The notes beneath the pieces were generated by a model. The model was not told where the DNA came from. It ran no database searches and saw nothing but the letters and a program-made list of their open reading frames with translations. From Candidatus Micrarchaeota archaeon (GTDB lineage: Archaea > Micrarchaeota > Micrarchaeia > Micrarchaeales > CABMGC01), in assembly GCA_023270055.1 (NCBI GenBank), contig JAGDYB010000008.1:3438-67437 (forward strand): DNA of 64,000 nucleotides, given 5' to 3'. How positions within the stretch are numbered: position 1 is the stretch's first letter; the number at the start of each line of letters is the position of its first letter. A program made the position numbers and the translations under genes. This document shows, in pieces, positions 37,971 to 45,254 of this stretch.

Positions 37971-38357
37971 ATGTGGGGAAGCAGCAATAAAAGCAGAATT
38001 GTTGCAGTAATAGAGCGCGCGGCGTTGAAATCTTTGATTGTAATTGGCCTATTTGGGGCTAGAAACGCATATGCATCAGGTGTGGTGTCGCTAGATATTG
38101 TCGGAACTATATCCTACATACAGCAGATTCTCATGCATATAGGTCCGGCACTGAGTGCCACACTATTCATAACTGCTGGCATCTTCTATGCGATAGGGCA
38201 GCTTCTGCCACCAGACAAGAGGGCAAATTTCCATACAACCTCTATAAACATAATAATAGGCGCGGTCACCATAGCGGTGCTTTCGGTTGCATCCGGCGGC
38301 CTTGCTGTCGCCTCATCGCATCTCCTTGCAAATGCGTCCTCAAACTCGCTGACGTGA
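37971..38357 (+). CDS. VirB2/TrbC (CedA1/TedC)-like conjugative-type pilin candidate
   Basis: 128 aa. Sec-type signal peptide ending ARNAYA|SG. The mature ~90 aa form two hydrophobic helices (IGPALSATLFITAGIFYAIGQLL and INIIIGAVTIAVLSVASGGLAVA) joined by a basic loop, PPDKRANFH. This is the helix-loop-helix layout of T4SS pilins. Confidence 0.6.
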   Translation: MWGSSNKSRIVAVIERAALKSLIVIGLFGARNAYASGVVSLDIVGTISYIQQILMHIGPALSATLFITAGIFYAIGQLLPPDKRANFHTTSINIIIGAVTIAVLSVASGGLAVASSHLLANASSNSLT

Positions 38358-38358
38358 T

Positions 38359-39396
38359 TTGTTGCCAAGCATTTACCCATTTGGCACATATGGCTTTGGC
38401 CTGTCAATAGATATAATAGGTATAATGATGGGCATAAGCGGCATTATCCTTGGATTCGGTTACGCGTTTGACGACAAAAAACTAAAGGAGTTTGGAAGAA
38501 GTGAACTCTACCAGTCAATGATAAACGTGGCGCTGGTTGTATTTCTTCTCTCGCTATTCATGCCGGGCGGTATTGTCACTGGCGTAATAAGCACGTTGGT
38601 AGGGAAGAGTCCCGCCACATTCAGCTGTCCCGAATACATGTCAGGAAACAGCGCAATATGCCTTGCATATTCATATCTTGCCGGTCCCGGCGGCTACACA
38701 TTCAACGGTATAGCGTATCAGTCGCTTTTTTCAATCATAATGGAAGTTTTCCTAGCAGTTACCGCTTTGATTGTAATACTCGGCGGCATCTCTTCGCTTT
38801 CGCTAAGTTTCCTATTCGCGAAGATTAACTTTGCGCCCATGGTAACTCCTTTTCTTCATGAAATGCAGTACATGCTTGACATAGTAACGTCAATGGCGAT
38901 AAGCGTGCTTGTACAGGCATCAATACTTTCGTTTGTAGCGATAGCTGCTGTTGCGGTAATACTTCCAACCGGCATAGTGCTGCGTGCATTCTACCCGTCA
39001 AGAAAGCTTGGCGGCTTTTTGATAGCATCTGCAATAGGCCTTTATGTAGTTCTACCCCTCTCATATCTGTTCAACATATATATGCTTTATTCATATACAA
39101 GCGGCCTAAACGAGACAAGCATGCAGGCGACTGTTGCGAGCGCTAGTTCTGCGGAGAATCTTTTGCTTAACGCAACAAACGCATCGTCTTCGGTAGTGCA
39201 TCTTGTATCTTCAACAAACTCGCTGCTCAGTTCAATCTCATACCTGCTGGATTCACTTTTTTCCTTTGTTGCCAACTTCATAGTAAAGACATTTATTCTT
39301 CCGATATTTAGCCTCATACTCACAGGCATATCGATAAGGGAGCTTGCCGCAATGCTTGGTTCAGAGGCGTTTTTTGGCAAATTCAAAATATTGTAG
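38359..39396 (+). CDS. Polytopic (6-7 TM) membrane protein, VirB6/TrbL/CedA-like by position and topology
   Basis: 345 aa with about 7 hydrophobic helices and a Cys-containing external loop (FSCPEYMSGNSAICLAY). It starts 1 nt after the pilin stop. The start codon is uncertain (TTG 38359 or ATG 38427). Confidence 0.55.
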   Translation: MLPSIYPFGTYGFGLSIDIIGIMMGISGIILGFGYAFDDKKLKEFGRSELYQSMINVALVVFLLSLFMPGGIVTGVISTLVGKSPATFSCPEYMSGNSAICLAYSYLAGPGGYTFNGIAYQSLFSIIMEVFLAVTALIVILGGISSLSLSFLFAKINFAPMVTPFLHEMQYMLDIVTSMAISVLVQASILSFVAIAAVAVILPTGIVLRAFYPSRKLGGFLIASAIGLYVVLPLSYLFNIYMLYSYTSGLNETSMQATVASASSAENLLLNATNASSSVVHLVSSTNSLLSSISYLLDSLFSFVANFIVKTFILPIFSLILTGISIRELAAMLGSEAFFGKFKIL

Positions 39397-39404
39397 GGGG
39401 ATTC

Positions 39405-40118
39405 ATGATAGGAGAATATCTAGCATGCAAATCGATAGGAATCTACATAACATACTCGCTGATGGGAATATTCCTCATACTTTCCGTGTTCACCCTTAAT
39501 GCTTATGTGATATCACTTGGTGTTGTTGCTTGCCTTGTCTCGCTTGCATACCTGAAAATGCACAATGTGATAGAAGCAATATTCTTGAAAAAGTCCAGGA
39601 TCACAGTTTCCAACGGTGCATACATACTAAATTCTGCTTTGGACGCGGCGGTTAAGAAGACTGAAGACGGCTACGAGGCAATTTCTGCAGCCGTGCTAGA
39701 GCCAGGAGGTGAGATAAGGAACAGCGAAGGTATAACCGACATAATAAACAAGTCAAAATCCCCATTCGAATTTAGCGTTGTGGTCAGCAGCCTCAACGCA
39801 AAGAAGTTCATAGAGCATATAGAGACAAGGCGAAACATTGCCGAAATAAACCTTTCAAAAGTCGGTGGTGACAGCAGAAAAAGCAACGCCATAAGGAGGG
39901 AAATAGAGATGCTTGACGGCGAGATAGCATCAATAGCAAAGGGCGGCGCGCCTATGGACATAACAATACGGCTCAAGGTATTTGGCCATGGCTACAGCAT
40001 AGCCGAGGCGTCTGCCAACGCGAAGAGAAGCATGGAAGGCATGCTTTCGCTGTTCGCATCATCGCTAGGCGCAGGCTACAGCGTGCTCAAGGGGGAAGAT
40101 TTGCTGGGGGTTGTATAG
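39405..40118 (+). CDS. 2-TM (VirB3-like hairpin) protein with soluble domain, possible N-terminal half of a split VirB4-like ATPase
   Basis: 237 aa. Two N-terminal TM helices, then a ~170-aa soluble domain. GGGGGA SD. It ends 7 nt before (or overlaps) the ATPase ORF. Confidence 0.55.
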   Translation: MIGEYLACKSIGIYITYSLMGIFLILSVFTLNAYVISLGVVACLVSLAYLKMHNVIEAIFLKKSRITVSNGAYILNSALDAAVKKTEDGYEAISAAVLEPGGEIRNSEGITDIINKSKSPFEFSVVVSSLNAKKFIEHIETRRNIAEINLSKVGGDSRKSNAIRREIEMLDGEIASIAKGGAPMDITIRLKVFGHGYSIAEASANAKRSMEGMLSLFASSLGAGYSVLKGEDLLGVV

Positions 40119-40125
40119 TGGTTAT

Positions 40126-41250
40126 ATGAGTATCAAGTTGACTCCGGCAAGCGTATCAAAGCTTATATGCATGCCATACTCAGACGATCCTTCAGCAGAA
40201 GCTGCACTTAAGCTCGCTTCATCATGCATATACATCGGAAGGACGCTGCATAGGTCAATACCTTATTTTCTAGATTTCAGCCAGCTCATAAATCCGCATG
40301 TATTCGCGATTGGCATGACCGGCAGCGGCAAGAGCTATCTAATAAGGTCGCTGGCGCTGAAGCTTGGCATTTTTATGAATGTGGCTGTGCTTATAATAGA
40401 CTTTACCGGCGAGTATGCCGAGCTATCACAGTTCGGAAACAACGCTGGAGAAGGGGACATAGAGGTAGTGCTGGAAGAGACACATCAGGGCGTAATCTAT
40501 GTGGACCTTTCTGAATATGGTGAAGCAAAGAAGGTGGAGAGTGCAAAGAGGATCCTAAGCGCTATAATAGTGCGCATGCGCGCCAGCAGGGCTGATTCAG
40601 AGCTGAAGTTCTTCACAGTAATAGATGAGGCGTGGAAGCTTCTGCTGGGAAGCGGGCTCGTGGAAACGCTGGTTAGGGAGGGAAGAAAATATGGATATGG
40701 TGTGATAATCGCTTCCCAGATGCTTGGCGATGCAGGCGCCGGTATCGCCTCCAACATAGGCACGTTATTCGTGTTCAGGGTCAACGATTCGTCATCGCTG
40801 CAGAAACTTTCGGATAACTATGCCCTGGACGAGAAGAAAACGTCTGCGATCAAAGATTTGAACGTAGGTTCATGCCTTGTAATCCAAGTTTTCAAAAGGG
40901 AAGGTATGGCAAGGTTTTTCATAGAAAGGGTCAGCGGCGTAGAATATTTGAATAGAATAACAATTATCGTGGGTGGAAAAATGGAAGTAGAGGTCGGCGA
41001 GGAAAAATTCAACCAGATAATGGCGGAGCTCGGAATATCTGGCGCTTCGCTTGCAGAGCTCAAGGGGCTCATGGTTGGAGGCACGATAAGGTTACCTGCA
41101 CTTTTGGCGTGGCTAATATTGCATGGCGCGGATAGGGAGCTCGTGTTGTACAAATTCAGGCGTTTGGGGCTTAGCGACGATACGCTTGCGGACAATTATG
41201 CAAACGCATTGGTGGAAGTGGTCAGTGATGGGCGAAACAAAAGAACGTGA
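40126..41250 (+). CDS. VirB4/TrbE/HerA-superfamily P-loop ATPase (ATPase 1)
   Basis: Walker A PHVFAIGMTGSGKSYLIRS, Walker B FFTVIDEAWKLL (a DEAW signature common in VirB4/TrbE) and REGRKYGYGVIIASQ. An alternative TTG start at 40111 overlaps the upstream ORF by 8 nt. Confidence 0.75.
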   Translation: MSIKLTPASVSKLICMPYSDDPSAEAALKLASSCIYIGRTLHRSIPYFLDFSQLINPHVFAIGMTGSGKSYLIRSLALKLGIFMNVAVLIIDFTGEYAELSQFGNNAGEGDIEVVLEETHQGVIYVDLSEYGEAKKVESAKRILSAIIVRMRASRADSELKFFTVIDEAWKLLLGSGLVETLVREGRKYGYGVIIASQMLGDAGAGIASNIGTLFVFRVNDSSSLQKLSDNYALDEKKTSAIKDLNVGSCLVIQVFKREGMARFFIERVSGVEYLNRITIIVGGKMEVEVGEEKFNQIMAELGISGASLAELKGLMVGGTIRLPALLAWLILHGADRELVLYKFRRLGLSDDTLADNYANALVEVVSDGRNKRT

Positions 41251-41914
41251 AAAGCTTGGTTTGCACATGTCAGTGCCTATAAGTGCAAGGCTTACCTCAA
41301 CATTCGGAGCAGTAAAACACTCCCTTTCCGCATATCCTGGGGTTTCATTGGTTCAAGATGGAACTACCCTAAGATATCAGCTCAACGCTAGCGAAGAATC
41401 GAGTACATATTACGTGGAGCTGGCAAGAGAGTATATCCTTATCGAGGTGTTTTCCGATACGTCGCCCATATACCTAATGGAATCCTGTCTGGTGAAGCTT
41501 CTTTCTGTATGCTCTATGCTGCGCGGCGAATATGTGTTCAAGATCGAGAGCCTTTTCCCCTACATTATCTATGCGCTTGAATCTCAGAAGATTGACGCGT
41601 TGGCAGCATCAGTTGCAGCAGCTCGTCAAGATTACCGTTATACTGATATAATCTTGGCAAAGAGAATAATGGCGCTTTCATTCAGCATAGGAGAGAAAGA
41701 CAAGGCAATATCTTTGCTTGAGGATACCGTTGCACAGCTCACTGCAGATATGATAATAATGCTTGCCGCCAGTGGCGCCGTTGATGGCACTTCGCTGCAC
41801 GCAAAGTATGGTATAAGCATCGATACACTGAAGCGCTCTCTTGAGATTATACGTTCAGCTGGTTACAGGATCATTTACAAGCCTGGTGGCAAGTTTGTAC
41901 TGGCGAGGCAATGA
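41228..41914 (+). CDS. Cytoplasmic hypothetical protein with C-terminal wHTH-like segment (operon member)
   Basis: The start at 41228 is preceded by GGAAGTGG and overlaps ATPase 1 by 23 nt. The C-terminus ISIDTLKRSLEIIRSAGYRIIYKPGGKFVL looks like a winged helix. Confidence 0.55.
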   Translation: MGETKEREKLGLHMSVPISARLTSTFGAVKHSLSAYPGVSLVQDGTTLRYQLNASEESSTYYVELAREYILIEVFSDTSPIYLMESCLVKLLSVCSMLRGEYVFKIESLFPYIIYALESQKIDALAASVAAARQDYRYTDIILAKRIMALSFSIGEKDKAISLLEDTVAQLTADMIIMLAASGAVDGTSLHAKYGISIDTLKRSLEIIRSAGYRIIYKPGGKFVLARQ

Positions 41915-42546
41915 ATCCGGTCGCAAGCTTGTTTTCGCAGGAAATTCCAATACTAATCGGGGCAGCTATATTCGTTCTTGTGGCAAAGTTTAGGTTTGAA
42001 AGGCGAAAAATAAGCATAGAAGTTAGTGAGGAGGCATTAGCTATTAACGATGTTGTTTCATCGCATGAGTGTCAAATACCTGCAGCACAGCGTACAATGC
42101 CTCGTAGCCTCCCTGTGGATTTTCGCGAAATTTTTCCTGTTTTGAACGACAATGCAAGGTTCGTACCTTTGCTTTGCGGAGAATATGAAAAGTACTTTTA
42201 CTGGCACGGATTTATCGGCAACGGCGATTCACTAAAACGCGAAGCCATAATGTTGCATATCTACGAAAGGCTGATTACCGAAGGCAAGCTTCGAAAAGGC
42301 GATTTTAAGTGGCTTAACAGACGCAGTATATATCGCATCGGATTCAGCGAACTTGGCATGCTTCCCATATTTATGGTTTACAAACTACATAGCATGGAAT
42401 CAGTAGTCAAGCCCAACACTATCAATATCCTAATGTCTCAAGACGATACCAGCAAGCTTCTTCTTTCGCTCCTCTCATTTTCTCCCGTCTCAGGCATGCT
42501 TCTTTCATATTTGTCATTGCAAAACTTAAGCGTGCAGGTGGTCTGA
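41911..42546 (+). CDS. Single-pass membrane protein (operon member)
   Basis: ATGA overlap with the upstream gene. N-terminal TM helix IPILIGAAIFVLVAKF. 211 aa. No recognisable domain. Confidence 0.55.
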   Translation: MNPVASLFSQEIPILIGAAIFVLVAKFRFERRKISIEVSEEALAINDVVSSHECQIPAAQRTMPRSLPVDFREIFPVLNDNARFVPLLCGEYEKYFYWHGFIGNGDSLKREAIMLHIYERLITEGKLRKGDFKWLNRRSIYRIGFSELGMLPIFMVYKLHSMESVVKPNTINILMSQDDTSKLLLSLLSFSPVSGMLLSYLSLQNLSVQVV

Positions 42547-42749
42547 TGATTCAGCTGCTTTTCGATTTGGCAAGGGAAGTTGCCGCAATAAGCGGCGCGA
42601 TTGAGGGAATGCTGCTCAGCATATCGATGCTTAAAAGAATATTCTGGCGCGCTTCACCTGCAGTACAGCCACTCCTTCCAAGCATCTACAGGGCGTTCGG
42701 GCTACTGTTCGCCATATCAGCAGCAGTGGTGATAATATGGATGACATGA
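42546..42749 (+). CDS. Small (67 aa) membrane protein (operon member)
   Basis: GGTGG SD and start overlapping the previous stop (TGATG). C-terminal TM helix AFGLLFAISAAVVIIW. Confidence 0.45.
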   Translation: MIQLLFDLAREVAAISGAIEGMLLSISMLKRIFWRASPAVQPLLPSIYRAFGLLFAISAAVVIIWMT

Positions 42750-43012
42750 CTATTATTTACAAGCGGCTAAACAATGGCAACGAGCATGCGGCAAAGATCT
42801 TGCTTTCGGTATCGCTGTCAGCGGCAGTTTCGACAGTGATTGAAACATTGCTAGGTCATGCCTCGCCCAAGGCATTCCTATTGCTGTGCCTGGTTTTTGG
42901 TTTTATGCTATATAGACGTAGGTCGGCGCAGGACGTGCCGCTTGGCAATCTATTGCTAATGTCAGTCGCAGTTGTGACAATACTTTTTGTTGAGGCAGTT
43001 GTGTGCGCATAA
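42737..43012 (+). CDS. Small (91 aa) 2-3 TM membrane protein (operon member)
   Basis: GGTGA SD. Hydrophobic helices ILLSVSLSAAVSTVIETLL, FLLLCLVFGFMLY and LLLMSVAVVTILFVEAVV. Confidence 0.5.
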   Translation: MDDMTIIYKRLNNGNEHAAKILLSVSLSAAVSTVIETLLGHASPKAFLLLCLVFGFMLYRRRSAQDVPLGNLLLMSVAVVTILFVEAVVCA

Positions 43013-43022
43013 AGGAGATCAA

Positions 43023-45254
43023 ATGCAAAAAATTTTCGAAATGATAGAAGTGCCGGTGGATTTGGACTATGAGATGCTGCTGAACTCGTTTTTGGGGAGG
43101 CAGTTTATAATGCACCACGATTTGTCAAGCTCAAAGACATACGTTGTTGCTGATTCGGATTGGCCAGAAATAGCCCGCAATGCCATAGCGGGGCTAACAA
43201 CTGTGGCGGCGAGCGGCAGCTTTAAGCTAAATAACCCTCTGCTGGCAGTAGTCTATGTTCCGTCAGCATCGCCAAGTGCAAAGGCTCAAGAGTCAGGGCA
43301 ACTGCTTGGTGCATTGTACAATCTGTTTTCAGGTACTGACGCACAAGTTTCGATCGCTTTTGCTCCGGGAAACCTTGAGGATGCAAGGCGCATAAAGGGT
43401 AGAGTTGAGGAGCTGCTCAGCAGGATAGCGACAAGGGCAACAAAAAGCTACTCAAATAAAGCAACAATTTCATCTTCAACCTCGCTGCAATCAGATATCT
43501 ATTATAATTCAGATGACAAGGTTTTGTTCTCGAACATGCTAGATAACCTTAACAGCATAATCGCAATGAATGGAACCTCTTATAAGGCGCTTATTGTTCT
43601 TTCCGGCGAATACGAGCAGATACTTTCATACATAAAATCAAAGCTGCTTGTTATGGAAATGCATAAGATAAACGTCAGCAGTTTGGAAGAGCTTGCAGAT
43701 ATCGCTTGCAGCATAGAGGCAATGCCATTGAACCATTCTATATTATCGCGTCTGTTTGTCTTTTCAGAACGCATATTGCGCATCGCAAGATCCAATGTCC
43801 AAGTACCGCGCCAGTCTGGCAACATAGATCTTGGCGTGTTCCTGGACAGAGCCGTATCCCCATCAGGTACCCATGTCATGCTAGACGCATCAACCTTAAA
43901 TCTTGGCACTATAGTAACGGGCATGCCAGGCACGGGCAAGACAACATTGGTAATGTCAATGCTGAGCCAACTAAATGCACTCGCTGAAAAACCGGTAATG
44001 GCAATAATATCGCCTACCCACGAGTGGTCTGCATTTGCCAATGCGAATGGGTTGAACTTCTTTCAGCTTTATGAATCTAAACTTCCAGTGAACTTTTTTA
44101 CCTGCTATGACGCGGCGTCGAAGGAGAAATACTATGAGAATCTTGCAATGCTTCTTGCAAACGCATCGGTCGCCGGCCCATATAAAAATTCGCTTGAGAA
44201 AAGCTTGCTTGCAGCCTTCAGGAAAGTGTATTCCCTCACATTGAATCCTGATCCTGTGGAAATGTATTATACTATAGAGGAAACGGTAATAGAACAACAT
44301 GCAACAAAGACAAATGTTGGGGTGAAATATACAAAACACGGCGAAAACATAAGAGCTGCACTTGAGAACTTGCGCCTGCTTCTGTTCCGGCCTGAGTTTG
44401 CCACAAAAGATGGCATCAACATGATGTCATTTCTGAAAGGGGGTGCAGTCTTCGATCTTTCCAAAGTGAGCAACAGTATGAAGCAGTTCTACTACTCTTT
44501 GATACTTAATATTGTATACGCATTCTCTGAAAATTTTGACGAAAATGCGGATAACGAAAGGAAGCTGAAGCTCGTGATAGTGCTTGATGAGGCGCAGGAA
44601 GTGATAAATGCCGATGAGACATCCGCAGTTGTTCTCGATTTGAAGCAGAGGATACAGGATTTTAGAAAAAAGGGCATAGGTATAGTGCTGATAACGCACA
44701 ATCCAATTGACATAAGTGGTAGTATACGCAGGGTATGTCAGACAAAAATATATTTTAGGCAAAGTGCAGACATGGTGAAATATTCCGCTACCGATTTAGG
44801 ATTTATTGAGCAGGATTCAAGTACCATGAGCCTTCTTAGGGGTTTAGGCGAGCGAACTTTTGTACTTGATTATGTTAGGCGTGATGACGTCACTGGCTAT
44901 GCATCTCCTGCCGGCCCAATTTTTGTAAGATCAAAAGAATATGCACTTCCTGCTGGTGAGGCTCAGCCAACTAGCCTTAATTGCAATCTGCACGGCGATG
45001 TTTGCGATTGCAAAATTTACATCCGAGATCGGGAAAAGGCGCCGCTCGCACTCGCAGAAGTTAAGTTGTTCTATTTGGGTGAGCTTGTGTCAGAGTCGAA
45101 AACCGATGAGGCTGGAAAAGTGGTTTTCAATGGGTTGCTGAGAGGCAAGAAATACTCACTGCAATTGCCCGCCAAAAAGAAAAAGGATACAAGAATCTTC
45201 CAATTCAGCGCTCAGGACAACATAGATATAACCGCTGACGTACCTAAACAATGA
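43023..45254 (+). CDS. VirB4/CedB/HerA-type ATPase (ATPase 2) with C-terminal Cys cluster and beta-sandwich-like domain
   Basis: ATG 43023 is preceded by AAAGGAG. A ~290-aa N-domain is followed by LNLGTIVTGMPGTGKTTLVMS (Walker A), KLVIVLDEAQEV (Walker B) and GIGIVLITHNP. The C-terminal ~90 aa, CNLHGDVCDCKIYIRDREKAPLALAEVKLFYLGELVSESKTDEAGKVVFNGLLRGKKYSLQLP, resemble a carboxypeptidase-regulatory-like fold. Confidence 0.75.
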   Translation: MQKIFEMIEVPVDLDYEMLLNSFLGRQFIMHHDLSSSKTYVVADSDWPEIARNAIAGLTTVAASGSFKLNNPLLAVVYVPSASPSAKAQESGQLLGALYNLFSGTDAQVSIAFAPGNLEDARRIKGRVEELLSRIATRATKSYSNKATISSSTSLQSDIYYNSDDKVLFSNMLDNLNSIIAMNGTSYKALIVLSGEYEQILSYIKSKLLVMEMHKINVSSLEELADIACSIEAMPLNHSILSRLFVFSERILRIARSNVQVPRQSGNIDLGVFLDRAVSPSGTHVMLDASTLNLGTIVTGMPGTGKTTLVMSMLSQLNALAEKPVMAIISPTHEWSAFANANGLNFFQLYESKLPVNFFTCYDAASKEKYYENLAMLLANASVAGPYKNSLEKSLLAAFRKVYSLTLNPDPVEMYYTIEETVIEQHATKTNVGVKYTKHGENIRAALENLRLLLFRPEFATKDGINMMSFLKGGAVFDLSKVSNSMKQFYYSLILNIVYAFSENFDENADNERKLKLVIVLDEAQEVINADETSAVVLDLKQRIQDFRKKGIGIVLITHNPIDISGSIRRVCQTKIYFRQSADMVKYSATDLGFIEQDSSTMSLLRGLGERTFVLDYVRRDDVTGYASPAGPIFVRSKEYALPAGEAQPTSLNCNLHGDVCDCKIYIRDREKAPLALAEVKLFYLGELVSESKTDEAGKVVFNGLLRGKKYSLQLPAKKKKDTRIFQFSAQDNIDITADVPKQ

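Noticed and set aside
37353-45254. Interpretation as an integrated conjugative plasmid or provirus
   Set aside because: No integrase, relaxase, Rep, partition, capsid or terminase-like genes are visible, and no tRNA-border att duplication. The only repeat flanks just the wHTH gene. This is kept as an open alternative in the findings rather than called as a mobile element.
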